A DNA stretch of 64,000 nucleotides, taken from NCBI GenBank assembly GCA_963785725.1, contig CAWAWS010000005.1, forward strand, positions 128,001 through 192,000. The letters run 5' to 3'. Shown piece after piece: positions 47,802 through 57,448 of the stretch (within the stretch, counting starts at the first letter, position 1; each line of letters starts with the position of its first letter). The notes below the pieces were generated by a model. That model had not been told where the DNA came from. It saw nothing but the letters and a program-made list of their open reading frames with translations, and ran no database searches. Made by a program: the position numbers and the translations under genes. Source of the DNA: an uncultured delta proteobacterium. GTDB lineage: Bacteria; Myxococcota_A; Polyangia; Palsa-1104.

Positions 47802-48780
47802 GCAGCTTGAGCGCGCTCAGCGCTTGCGCGAACAGCTCGGTGAACGGCGTCGCGTCGTGCCCGTCGATGTGCGTGCCGTCGGGACAGGCGAACGCCTGCA
47901 TCGCCGGGAAGTCTTGAAACGAGAGGCTGGGGAAGGTCTTTTGAATGAGCGCCCAATAGCGGGCATCGGGAAAGCGCTCCTCCTCGGCGGCCAGGACCGC
48001 CTGCGTCGCCAGCATGCGGAAGAAGATGACGTGGCCGCCGCGCGCGGTGATGGCGGCGACCCAGGCTTGCAGCTGGCTCAGGCGCGCGGCCATCTCGGCG
48101 TCGCTGGCGACGGTGCCGTAGTTGCGCAGCGCATCGGCGAAGAAGCGCTTTTTCTCGGCTAGGTCGGCGAGCGCGAAGCTCATCCGCAGCTGCCGCCGCG
48201 CGTCCATGCGGTAATAGGGCACGGGCGGCGCGCGATGGCGCTCGAGCGCGAAATGCGGGATCGAGGCCATGCCGAGCTCGGGCAAGAGGCTCACGAGCCG
48301 GCTCGAGAACCACGTGCGCACCGACGTCTCCACGCCGTCGAGCGGCGCGCGCGCGTGATACTTCTCGACCCACGTGTTGGTGGCGGTGTTGTCGCTGGTG
48401 AAGAGGTCGGCCGGCAGCACCTCGACGACGAGCGTGCCGTGAAACGTCGGATCCTCGGCGAAGTCGCGCAGCATGCCGAGCAGATGGCCGCTGTTGACCG
48501 ACAGCTGAATGAACTCGCGGCCGGGAAAATGGCGCTCGAGCACGTCGAGATCCATGGCCGCTTGCAGGCGCGACGAGCCGACCAGCGCCACCACGCGCGG
48601 ATCTTTGGAGGCGGCCGCGCGCCACACCGACCACAGCCCGTTGCTGTTGGACACCGAGGGGACGAAACCTTTGGCACGCCAGGTCAATTCCCAGCCGGCC
48701 GCCAGCGTCAGCGCCAGCGCCATCCCCAGGAAAAAGCGCCGCGGCCGCACGCCAACCGGCGCTGAAGAAGGTTCGGCCAT
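47791..48780 (-). CDS. SGNH-like (DltD/AlgJ-type) membrane-anchored acyltransferase
   Basis: N-terminal TM, VALVGSSR nucleophile block, C-terminal DGTH (DxxH). Convergent with the MBOAT gene. Confidence 0.7.
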   Translation of the reverse strand: MAEPSSAPVGVRPRRFFLGMALALTLAAGWELTWRAKGFVPSVSNSNGLWSVWRAAASKDPRVVALVGSSRLQAAMDLDVLERHFPGREFIQLSVNSGHLLGMLRDFAEDPTFHGTLVVEVLPADLFTSDNTATNTWVEKYHARAPLDGVETSVRTWFSSRLVSLLPELGMASIPHFALERHRAPPVPYYRMDARRQLRMSFALADLAEKKRFFADALRNYGTVASDAEMAARLSQLQAWVAAITARGGHVIFFRMLATQAVLAAEEERFPDARYWALIQKTFPSLSFQDFPAMQAFACPDGTHIDGHDATPFTELFAQALSALKLLKN

Positions 48781-48896
48781 GAGCGGTGAAGCGTTACGCG
48801 GCGGCGGCGGAAGGTCAAGGAGCGACCGCTTCGTCTACGTCGCGCCACTGATTGCAAGCGGCTCGTCGCCCCTTATCTGGTCGGCGGAGGTGCGGC

Positions 48897-50108
48897 ATGC
48901 GGATCTGGCTGGCCTGTCTCGTGCTCTGCGGCTGTGACGGCGCGAGCGATCTCGGCTCCAACGCTTCCGCCAAGCTCGTCACCGCCGACAGCCAGGCCGC
49001 GGACACCGCGGTGCCCGAAGGTCAGACGCTCTCGACCGACAGCGTGCGCCCCTTTGCCGTCGGCACCCTGCCCAACCCCGAGCACGCGCCCTGTCTGTGG
49101 GGCACGAGCGACGCCGCCGGTCACGTCGCCCTCGGCCGCGGCACCGACCTCGACGCCGTCTGGTCCTTCTATTCGCGCACCGGCACCGCGCTCGGCAGCG
49201 CCGTCAGCAACCCCGATCCGCTGCACGGCGACACGCTCGTGAGCGCGATCTTCCCGGGCAAGTCGAGCTTCCAGGTCGTCTCGCGGCAATTCGGCCTCGG
49301 CGACGGCGGGCTGCTCATCGAGTTCGCGCCGAGCGGCACGCGGCTCGTGCAGCTGCCGATCTACGGACGCCTCGACGATCTCCTCTACCTGCAGTCGATT
49401 CCGGCCGGCGGGGTCAACGCCACCACCTTCTCGAACCTGCAGCACGCCAACGACGTCCGCTGGATCGACGTCGCCGACGCGCTCGACGACGACGACGATA
49501 TCTTCGTCACGGTGCCCTACGACGATCTGCGGACCTTCGCGGTCACCGACCTCTTGGCGCACACGCTGGCGCTCTATCCCGGCCTCGGGACGCTGCGCGC
49601 GCAGTGGCTCAACGCCGACGGCTCGACCCGCGTCGGCGAATTCGCGCTGGCGCTGCCGGCGAACGCGCGCCTGTCGCCGCTCATCGGCGGCGGCTTCGCC
49701 GTGCGCAGCGGCGACGACTGGGTCGGCACCCTCGCCTCCGACGCCACGGCCATCGCCGCCGCGCCGACGTGGCTGGCCCATCGCCCGCGCACGCGCTTGG
49801 CCATCGTCGAGCACGGACGGCGCTATGCGCTCCTCTTCGACGACGGCGCGACCAGCCCCGGCCTGCCGCAGACGATCGAGCTGCGCCGCCGCAACGGTGA
49901 ATGGGCCGGGGCGCTGCTCGCTTGGCCGGCCGCGGGCAGCTTCGCGAGCCAGCAGACGCGCATCGGGCGCGATGGCACGGTGGTGCAGCTGTTGAGCCGC
50001 CCGCAGCCGACGGGCCTGCAGTGCGCCTATCGCTGGTGGCCGGGGCTGTTGCGCTCGGGCATCAACGGCGACGGCACCTCCGTCTGCGTCGCCGGCTCCT
50101 GCCCCTAA
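48897..50108 (+). CDS. Hypothetical beta-rich lipoprotein
   Basis: RBS GGAGGT, MRIWLACLVLCGC lipobox, GC-rich third codon positions. Confidence 0.7.
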   Translation: MRIWLACLVLCGCDGASDLGSNASAKLVTADSQAADTAVPEGQTLSTDSVRPFAVGTLPNPEHAPCLWGTSDAAGHVALGRGTDLDAVWSFYSRTGTALGSAVSNPDPLHGDTLVSAIFPGKSSFQVVSRQFGLGDGGLLIEFAPSGTRLVQLPIYGRLDDLLYLQSIPAGGVNATTFSNLQHANDVRWIDVADALDDDDDIFVTVPYDDLRTFAVTDLLAHTLALYPGLGTLRAQWLNADGSTRVGEFALALPANARLSPLIGGGFAVRSGDDWVGTLASDATAIAAAPTWLAHRPRTRLAIVEHGRRYALLFDDGATSPGLPQTIELRRRNGEWAGALLAWPAAGSFASQQTRIGRDGTVVQLLSRPQPTGLQCAYRWWPGLLRSGINGDGTSVCVAGSCP

Positions 50109-50190
50109 TCGACGTCACCGGCCGCGTCGCGCCGACTGCGGCGCGCCTGGCCGGGCTTGGCCACGCCGCGCGCGCGTGCGACTCTGCGGC

Positions 50191-50742
50191 ATGCACGCGA
50201 ACCGGCGGCGCGCATTCGGCACGTGGGCGCTCATCGTGGCCGCCGGCTGCGGCGCCGACGGCGGTGGCGCGACCGACCTGTCGGGATCGGCCGCGCTCGA
50301 TCTCGGCGGCGGCCTGTCCGACGCGCTCGCGCCGGCAGCCGACGGCAGCGCAGCGGACGGCGGCGCGACGCCGTGCCAATGGGGCGGCGCGCCGGGCCAG
50401 TGTCTGCCATCGAGCGTGTGCGCCGCCATGGCCGACCATAGCCCGGAAGTCGGCAGCTGCCCGGGGCCGGCGAACATCCAGTGCTGCATCGTCACGCCCG
50501 CGGTCGCCGATAATCCGCCGCTGCCGGTGGGCTATCAGCTGATGGCGCAGTCGCAGGTGACGGCGGCGATGACCAGCTGGGCGGTCATGATCCTCGACGA
50601 TCCCACGGACTATCCGATGTTCGCGACCGCGCAGCAGACATTCGGGACGCAGCCGGTGCTGGCCCGCGTCGAGTGGCATCCGCCCGACTTCCAGAACAGC
50701 GTCGTGCATCGCGGCGTGACGCTGTATGTCCCGATTAGTTGA
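50191..50742 (+). CDS. Hypothetical lipoprotein with a six-Cys defensin-like module
   Basis: LIVAAGC lipobox; C-x8-C-x5-C-x12-CP-x6-CC. Confidence 0.65.
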   Translation: MHANRRRAFGTWALIVAAGCGADGGGATDLSGSAALDLGGGLSDALAPAADGSAADGGATPCQWGGAPGQCLPSSVCAAMADHSPEVGSCPGPANIQCCIVTPAVADNPPLPVGYQLMAQSQVTAAMTSWAVMILDDPTDYPMFATAQQTFGTQPVLARVEWHPPDFQNSVVHRGVTLYVPIS

Positions 50743-50752
50743 GCGCCGGCGG

Positions 50753-51775
50753 TCAGCGCGGGCGGCGGCCGCGTCGCGTGCGCTGACGCTCGTCGTCGGC
50801 GAGCTCGGCGCGCAGCCGCGTGTACTCGCTCCATCGTCGCGCCGGCAAGCGGCCGTCGGCGAGCTCGGCGCGCACCGCGCAGTCGGGCTCGCTCGCGTGC
50901 CGGCAGTCGCGGTGCGCACAGCGCTGCGCCGCGGCCAGCACGTCGGGGAACGCGTCGTCGAGCGTCTCGGCTTCGCCCGACAGGGCCAGCTCGCGGATGC
51001 CGGGACCGTCGATGATGAGCGCGCCGTTGGGCAGGCGAAACAGCTCGCGATGGGTCGTCGTGTGGCGCCCTTTGTGATCGTGCTCGCGAATCGCGCCCGT
51101 CCGCGTGATGGCATCGCCGAACAGCTGGTTGACGAGCGACGACTTGCCGACGCCGGACGGGCCCATCATCGTCGCCGTTCGGCGCGCACCGATGGCGTCG
51201 GCGACGGCGTCGGCGCCCTGTCCCGTCTGCGCGCTCAGCGTGCGCGTCAAGACGCCCGGCAGCCGCGCCTGCACCTCGGCCACATAGCTCGCCGGATCGG
51301 CGCACAGATCGGCCTTGTTGAGGACGACGATGGGCTCGATGCCGGCGGCGCGCGTGAGCGCGACGGCGCGCTCGACGAGGCCGAGGTTGAGCGCATGGTC
51401 GAGCGCCAGCACGACCAGCACGACGTCGACGTTGGCCGCCAGCGGCTGGGCGTCGGGCGCGCGACCGACGCGCCGGCGCGCCAGCAGCGTCTTGCGCGCC
51501 AGCACGTGGTCCATGAGCGCGCCTTCGGGACGCGGCGGATGCACGAGGAGCACCCAATCGCCGACGATGGGCAGCTCCGACGCCGAGGTCGCTTCATGCT
51601 TCAGCCGACCGGAGACGCTCGCCGGCATCGTCAGGCCGCCGAGGTCGACGACGAACGCGCCCTCTTGCCGCACGACGCGCGCCGGCACGTGCGTCCCGGC
51701 CGCCGGATGCAGGCGCAGGCGCTCCTCGAACGTCGCGTCCCAGCCGAGCGCCGCCAGCGGATCGTCGCCGTTCAC
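50753..51775 (-). CDS. rsgA: Ribosome small-subunit-dependent GTPase A
   Basis: VGDWV OB fold, AANVD, NKAD, GPSGVGKSSL, GRHTTT, DGPG, C..RDCRH..EPDC Zn site. Confidence 0.93.
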   Translation of the reverse strand: MNGDDPLAALGWDATFEERLRLHPAAGTHVPARVVRQEGAFVVDLGGLTMPASVSGRLKHEATSASELPIVGDWVLLVHPPRPEGALMDHVLARKTLLARRRVGRAPDAQPLAANVDVVLVVLALDHALNLGLVERAVALTRAAGIEPIVVLNKADLCADPASYVAEVQARLPGVLTRTLSAQTGQGADAVADAIGARRTATMMGPSGVGKSSLVNQLFGDAITRTGAIREHDHKGRHTTTHRELFRLPNGALIIDGPGIRELALSGEAETLDDAFPDVLAAAQRCAHRDCRHASEPDCAVRAELADGRLPARRWSEYTRLRAELADDERQRTRRGRRPR

Positions 51776-51828
51776 GCGCGGTGAGCCGCGGTTGGTGCCG
51801 AGGGGATGACTAGATTGACGACGTTCAT
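51772..51828 (-). CDS. Putative 18-aa leader peptide upstream of rsgA
   Basis: ATG 51828 gives MNVVNLVIPSAPTAAHRA. Its TGA overlaps the rsgA GTG (GTGA). Confidence 0.35.
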   Translation of the reverse strand: MNVVNLVIPSAPTAAHRA

Positions 51829-51898
51829 GGGTCACGAGAGCAAGGCGCCGACGCGGCGCGATTGTCAACTGCCCCAAGCGGCGCAGGCGGCGGGCTGT

Positions 51899-53548
51899 TC
51901 ACTGCGAGCCAACTTCGCGCTCGATTCGCGCCAGATCATCGAGCGAGCGCTCACCCGGCCGCTCTTCGACGAGCTGGTGGATGCGTTCGAGCGTTCCCTT
52001 GAGCTGCTCGATGCGCACCGCCGCGTGGTCGACTCGGTCGAGCAGCACGGCCGCCGTCGGATGCTGCTGCCGCATCGCCGCCGCATTGCGACGCAGCGTC
52101 TGCAGCGGCACGTCCGTCAGCTCGCGGACCAAGAGCGACAGCTGCACGAAACGCTCGAGCCAATCGCGTTGCGCCCGCGTCCGCGCGACCGCGCGCGCGA
52201 GGGCCGCGTGGCGACGGCGCGCCCACAGCACCGCGGCGGCGACGGCGAGAATCGTCGCCGTCATGAACGGCTCGAGGTTGGGCATGCGCGCGTTGGTTCC
52301 GGCGGGCCAGCGCAGCGGCTGCACGATCGGCCCCAACATCGACAGGCCGAGGATCGCCGCGCCCAGCCAGCCCGACGGAGCGCTCATGGCGACGACCAGC
52401 GCCAGCACGCGGTTGGGGTTGAAGGGCACGAAATAGCCGCCGCTCGCCGCTTGCAGCTCGCTCGACAGCCAGCTGGCCAACAAGACTGCCAGCGACTGCA
52501 GCAGAATGAGGAGGAGGCTCACCCAGCGCGCCAGCCGCGGCAGCGCGAGCGTCACGCCCAGGCCGGCGAGGCCGAGCCCCGTGGCCAACATCCAGGTTCG
52601 GCGCGGATAACCACGCCACTCGGCCGTCGCGACCGAGATGAGCCCGCCCATCGCGCAGGCCCACGACATGTAGACGAGGCCGCCGCGCGCTTCGCTCCGC
52701 GGCTCGAGCTCGGCCGCGCGATGGCTGAGGTGCTGGCTCATCTCGTCGTGAATGGCGCCGACCGCGTCGAACGAGAGGCCTTCTTGGGGCCAGTCGCCGG
52801 CGGCCGCGAGCGGCGCCAACTTTTGGTCCAGCTGGCGCAGCTGCGTGATCGCGCCTTGCATATGACCCAGCGACGGACCGGCCGAGTCGAGCTCGAGGCG
52901 CAAGAGCTCCGTCGTCAGCGTGAGCGTCTGCAGCGGCGTATTCGCCAGATGGCGCACGAATCGCGACAGCCGGGCGGCGCGCTCGCTCCAGGCCCGATCG
53001 GCCATGGCCTGCGCGGCCTCCTTGCGCACGATTCGCTGGCGCTGCCGGCTGTAGCAGAGCGCGAGCGCCGTCAGGCCGATGGTCACGGTCTGCCAAGGCT
53101 CGAAGGGCGGCAAGAGCGCGCGCGACTCCGGCGACCACGCGAGCCACTGGATCAGCGGCAGAGCGGTGGTGAGCCCGACCAGCGCGACGCCGAGCCCGAG
53201 CGACGGCGCCAGGATGGCGACCATGACGACGGCGACCTTCTGCCCGCTGAACGCGGTAAATGGTCGGCCCGTCCGGCTCATCGCGGCGTTGTTGAGCCAG
53301 ACCGCTTGATTGGCGAACAAGACCGGCAGCGCGAACAGCGCCTGCATGGCGGTCGCGGGCAGCTTCCGACCCAACGTCGCGCACACGAGCACGGCGCCGC
53401 TGACGGTCGCGGCCACTTCCCACGGCCGCGTCGGGTAGCCCTTGACCCACAACACGACCGAGCAGAGCGCGCCGCCGAAGACGCAGATGCCGGCGAGATA
53501 AATCGTCGCGCGGCGTCGCTCGGCGTCCGACGCGTCGGGACCGTTCAC
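51899..53548 (-). CDS. Internally duplicated multi-TM protein with two HisKA-like helices and no ATPase domain
   Basis: Two homologous halves ending VRHLANTPLQTL and VRELTDVPLQTL. Coupled (GTGA) to the upstream receiver gene. Confidence 0.7.
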   Translation of the reverse strand: MNGPDASDAERRRATIYLAGICVFGGALCSVVLWVKGYPTRPWEVAATVSGAVLVCATLGRKLPATAMQALFALPVLFANQAVWLNNAAMSRTGRPFTAFSGQKVAVVMVAILAPSLGLGVALVGLTTALPLIQWLAWSPESRALLPPFEPWQTVTIGLTALALCYSRQRQRIVRKEAAQAMADRAWSERAARLSRFVRHLANTPLQTLTLTTELLRLELDSAGPSLGHMQGAITQLRQLDQKLAPLAAAGDWPQEGLSFDAVGAIHDEMSQHLSHRAAELEPRSEARGGLVYMSWACAMGGLISVATAEWRGYPRRTWMLATGLGLAGLGVTLALPRLARWVSLLLILLQSLAVLLASWLSSELQAASGGYFVPFNPNRVLALVVAMSAPSGWLGAAILGLSMLGPIVQPLRWPAGTNARMPNLEPFMTATILAVAAAVLWARRRHAALARAVARTRAQRDWLERFVQLSLLVRELTDVPLQTLRRNAAAMRQQHPTAAVLLDRVDHAAVRIEQLKGTLERIHQLVEERPGERSLDDLARIEREVGSQ

Positions 53549-53940
53549 GGAGCGCGGTTGGATTCCGCCGGCGCCGCTTGGAACAGGCGACGGAACGCAT
53601 CGAGCTCGATCGGCTTGCGCAGGCTCTCGATGCCGCCGAGCTGCGAGACGCGCCGGACCAGCGGATGATCGCCGGCGTGACCGGTGAGGAACACGATGCG
53701 ACCTGCAAAGCCCGCCGCGACGAGCAGCTCGTAGGCATCGAGACCACTCGGCTGATTGGCGCCGAGGTGAATGTCGAGGATGGCCAGCGCGCAGCCGAGC
53801 GCTGCCTCGCGTTGGCTGCGCAATTCGGCGACGTTCCGCAGCTTGAGTGAAGGGCGGCCACTGACGAGCCGGACGGTGTCGGCGAGCGTGTCGAGCAGGT
53901 CCTGATCGTCGTCGAGCAGCAACACGCCTTCAGCCGCCAT
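53545..53940 (-). CDS. Single-domain response regulator
   Basis: VLLLDDD, ILDIHLG, FLTGH, LRKP; RBS GGAGG. Confidence 0.88.
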   Translation of the reverse strand: MAAEGVLLLDDDQDLLDTLADTVRLVSGRPSLKLRNVAELRSQREAALGCALAILDIHLGANQPSGLDAYELLVAAGFAGRIVFLTGHAGDHPLVRRVSQLGGIESLRKPIELDAFRRLFQAAPAESNRAP

Positions 53941-54151
53941 TGGCCCGCCTCCCCCGATGAACAGTCGCCCGCTCGGTCAGTTTCGCCGATTCCCCAGGGA
54001 AAGCAATAAGGCGCGCGCCCGAGAGGCGAAGCTCGCCGGACGATATGACGGGGTCTCGCCGCAATAAACCGGCGCTCACGGCGAGCTGGGTCACACGATT
54101 GCGCGGCTCGTGCGGCAAGATCGAGCTGGTCTCTCGTGCGTTCCTCTATCC

Positions 54152-55246
54152 ATGGATGATTCGTCGATGAGCGCCTCTTGCCATGCTCGGCCGCGAACCC
54201 GCTGGCGCGCGCTGCGGCGACTGCCGTGGCTCGGCGTCGGGCTCGTCGTCGCCGGGATCGGCCTGCGCGACGCCGCCGCCGACGTCAGCGTGCCGCGCGA
54301 CGGCCACGCCGCCGACAGCCACGCGCGCGACGACCATGCCCTCGACGGCTGCGCCGGTCCAAGCGGCGCCAAGCGTCCGGGCTGCGCCGGTGTCGGCGTC
54401 ATCAAAGCGGCCAAGCCGACCGCCGCGTTCGTCTGCGGCGAGACGTACGGCCGCGGCCGCGTCGTCAGCGGCGTCAGCGACAGCGGCGTGCAAGAGGCGC
54501 TCCTCGGCGCGTCGGCGAGCGGCGCCACCCTCCTTTACCTGCGCGGCCCCAGCCACGCCTGCGTCGGCGGCCCGGGCTACGGCACCGCGTTGCTGGTCGC
54601 CGATCGCGTGGACGACAGCGGGAGCGCCTATACCATCACCGACGTGACGGGGCTGCCGGCGTTCGCGCGCTTCACCCGCCGCGAGGCCACGATGACCGTG
54701 AGCCCCGACGGCACCGGCGTCATCGGCGCCGCCACCAGCGGCGACGGCTTCCTCGTCTCCATCCGCAGCGGCAGCGACGGCACCGACTTCGGCACGCCCT
54801 CGGCCGGCCCATTTGCGACGATCAATGCCGCGCTGCCCAAGCCGGCGTGGGTCGGCTGGCCCGTCCTGTCCGCAGACGGCCTCGCGTTTTATTACAAGAT
54901 CCAAGACAGCGGCGACTCCGCCCGCGACGGCATCTACGAATCGGTACGCGGCAGTACCAGCGCTGCTTTTCCCGCCGGAACACGCATGCCGGAGCTGGTG
55001 CAAAAATGGGGCAGCGTCACCGGCGTCGCCCCCGATCATTTGACGCTGTACGTGACGCGCGACTTCGGCACCTGGCAGCTGACGCGCGCGTCGACGAGCG
55101 AGCCGTTCGCGGAGCACGCCACCGGCGTCTCGCCGACGTCGGCTTACCGCGTCTCGCCCGTCGGCGGCTGCCGGCTCATCGGCACCTGCGAGCCGGGCGG
55201 CTGCTGGCGCGAGGACATCTGCGTCTGGAGCGCCACCGCCAAGTAA
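54152..55246 (+). CDS. Hypothetical secreted protein with TolB/PD40-like repeats
   Basis: Hydrophobic signal; VSPDG, PVLSADGLAFYY, APDHLTLY, R.ST..AF motifs. Start uncertain. Confidence 0.6.
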   Translation: MDDSSMSASCHARPRTRWRALRRLPWLGVGLVVAGIGLRDAAADVSVPRDGHAADSHARDDHALDGCAGPSGAKRPGCAGVGVIKAAKPTAAFVCGETYGRGRVVSGVSDSGVQEALLGASASGATLLYLRGPSHACVGGPGYGTALLVADRVDDSGSAYTITDVTGLPAFARFTRREATMTVSPDGTGVIGAATSGDGFLVSIRSGSDGTDFGTPSAGPFATINAALPKPAWVGWPVLSADGLAFYYKIQDSGDSARDGIYESVRGSTSAAFPAGTRMPELVQKWGSVTGVAPDHLTLYVTRDFGTWQLTRASTSEPFAEHATGVSPTSAYRVSPVGGCRLIGTCEPGGCWREDICVWSATAK

Positions 55247-55474
55247 TCGCGCGCCCGGTCAGTGCCGTCGTGCGCTGCAATAGGCGACGCTCTCGGTAAG
55301 CGACGGTGCGTGCAGTCCCTGGTTTGCCAATCGACCCGCTCTGGCCGCGGCGCCTTTGCTCGTCGCCGTCGCGGCGCTCGTCTTCACTTGCGAATCGGGC
55401 CGTTCGGCCCACATCCGCCATCAGGAGCCGATGCGAGCTTCCGTCGCGCGCATTTTCGCTCACAGGAGGCGCCC

Positions 55475-56174
55475 ATGGGCACGAACATACTGATGGTGCT
55501 GACCTCGCACGACCAATTGGGGGATACCGGACAAAGGACCGGCTTTTGGCTGGAGGAGTTCGCCGCTCCGTACTTCGTGTTCCGCGATGCGGGGGTCCAT
55601 TTGACGCTGGCCTCGCCGCGAGGCGGGCAGCCGCCGCTCGATCCGCAGAGCGACGGGCCCGAGAATTGGAGCCTGGCCACGGCGCGCTTCAAAAAGGATG
55701 ACGCCGCGAAAAAGGCGCTCGCCCACACGCGCCGGCTCGCCGACCTCGACCCCGGAGATTACGACACCGTCTTCTACGTCGGCGGCCACGGCCCGATGTG
55801 GGATTCTGGTCGACAATCCGGTCTCCATCTGTTTGATCGAGTCCATTTACAATTCCGGTAAGCCGGTGGCCGCCGTTTGTCATTCGCCGGCCGTGTTCCA
55901 TCGCGTCAAATACCGGGGCGTGCCGCTCGTGCAGGGCAAGCGGGTCACCGGCTTCACCAACGGCGAGGAGGAGACCTCCCATCTGACGCGCGTGGTGCCG
56001 TTCTTGGTCGAGGACGAGCTCAAGCGAGTGGGCGCGCGCTACGAGAAAGCGCCCGATTGGAAGAGCTTCTCGATCATCGACGGCCGGCTCATCACCGGCC
56101 AAAACGCCGCCTCGTCGACCGCCGCCGCCCAATCGCTGCTGCAGGTCCTCGGCGACCATCCGATGGTGGGATGA
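55475..56174 (+). CDS. DJ-1/PfpI (type 1 glutamine amidotransferase-like) protein (+1 frameshift near 55805)
   Basis: RBS AGGAGG; TGFWLEEFAAPY, GGHGPMWD, then AVCH, VTGFTNGEE, LITGQN in the next frame. Confidence 0.88.
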
Positions 56175-56346
56175 CCGCAGTCGCTGGCCACGGCGAGACC
56201 GAGCGCGCCGCCGATAGTCGCGACGCCGGTCGCCGCGGCTGAAGCGCCGTTTGCCCCACGTCGATGAAATTCCTCGGTCGCGGCCAGCTCGATAGCCTGC
56301 CGCCGGCGCTCATCGCGCCCTCCATCACGACAAAAATGCGCGAAGC

Positions 56347-56373
56347 GGTCACATTCGTGCGGCGCCATCCGTC
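56347..56373 (+). promoter_or_regulatory. ECF41-type autoregulatory promoter GTCACA-N16-CGTC
   Basis: GTCACA 56348-53, 16-nt spacer, CGTC 56370-73, upstream of a SnoaL-fused ECF sigma. Confidence 0.65.
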
Positions 56374-56445
56374 ATAGGGGTGAAGCGGGCGGGGTTTGGT
56401 GATAGCTCTCAGCTACGCCCCGTCGGTGAGGAACGAGGAGATCGG

Positions 56446-57336
56446 ATGCCCGAGAACGACTGGCTGGCCAAGCGCTTCGACGAGAGCCGGTCGCGGCTGG
56501 AGGCGGTCGCCTACCGGATGCTGGGCTCGGCCAGCGAGGCCGAGGACGCCGTGCAAGAGGCCTGGCTGAAGCTGAGCCGCGCCGACACGCGCGAGGTCGA
56601 GAACTTAGGCGGCTGGTTGACGACCGTCGTCGCGCGCGTCTGTCTCGACGCGCTGCGCGCACGCAAGTCGCGGCGCGAGGAGACGCTCGGGCAGGTGGCC
56701 GAGGTCGAAGCCGGCAGCACGCCCGAGAACGAGGTCGGGTTGGCGGATGCGATCGGCCCTGCCCTGCTCGTCGTCTTGGACCTGCTGGCGCCCGCCGAGC
56801 GCGTCGCGTTCGTGCTGCACGACATGTTCGATCTGTCGTTCGACGAGATCGCGCCCATCGTCAGTCGCACGCCGGAAGCGGCGCGGCAGCTCGCCAGTCG
56901 CGCGCGGCGTCGCGTGCGCGGCTCGGCGGCGCCGGCCGCCGACGTGGCGCGGCATCGAGCGCTGGTGGGCGCGTTCCTGGCGGCGTCGCGCGACGGCAAC
57001 TTCGAGCGGCTGGTCGCCGTCCTCTCGCCCGACGTCGTGCTGCGCGCCGACGCGCCGGCGGTACGGATGGCCGCCGCGAATCAGGGACACGGCGCGCCCA
57101 GCCTGGCGCCCGAGGCGCGCGGCGCCGAGCGGGTCGCCGACGCGTTCAAAGGGCGCGCGCGGGCCGCGTTGCCCGCGCTCATCGACGGCCACGCCGGCGC
57201 GGTCTGGCTCGGCGGCGGACAGGTGCGCGCCGCGTTCGCCTTTACGATCGAAGACGGCGAGCACGGCAAGATCACCGCCATCGACGTCATCATGGAGCCG
57301 ACGCAGCTGGCCCGGTTCGCCATCGAGCTCGATTAG
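56446..57336 (+). CDS. ECF sigma factor with C-terminal SnoaL-like extension (SigJ/ECF41-like)
   Basis: AYRMLGSASEAEDAVQEAWL, WLTTVVARVCLD, ERVAFVLHDMF, RQLASRAR, LSPDVVLRAD. Confidence 0.9.
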   Translation: MPENDWLAKRFDESRSRLEAVAYRMLGSASEAEDAVQEAWLKLSRADTREVENLGGWLTTVVARVCLDALRARKSRREETLGQVAEVEAGSTPENEVGLADAIGPALLVVLDLLAPAERVAFVLHDMFDLSFDEIAPIVSRTPEAARQLASRARRRVRGSAAPAADVARHRALVGAFLAASRDGNFERLVAVLSPDVVLRADAPAVRMAAANQGHGAPSLAPEARGAERVADAFKGRARAALPALIDGHAGAVWLGGGQVRAAFAFTIEDGEHGKITAIDVIMEPTQLARFAIELD

Positions 57337-57448
57337 CGGCTCACGACAAACGAGGCCGGCGACGCTCGCGCGCCGAGCGCGCCACGCAGCTGCGAGATGG
57401 CCTCCCACGGCGCACGCAACACGACGACGACACGACGGAGGGAACGCA

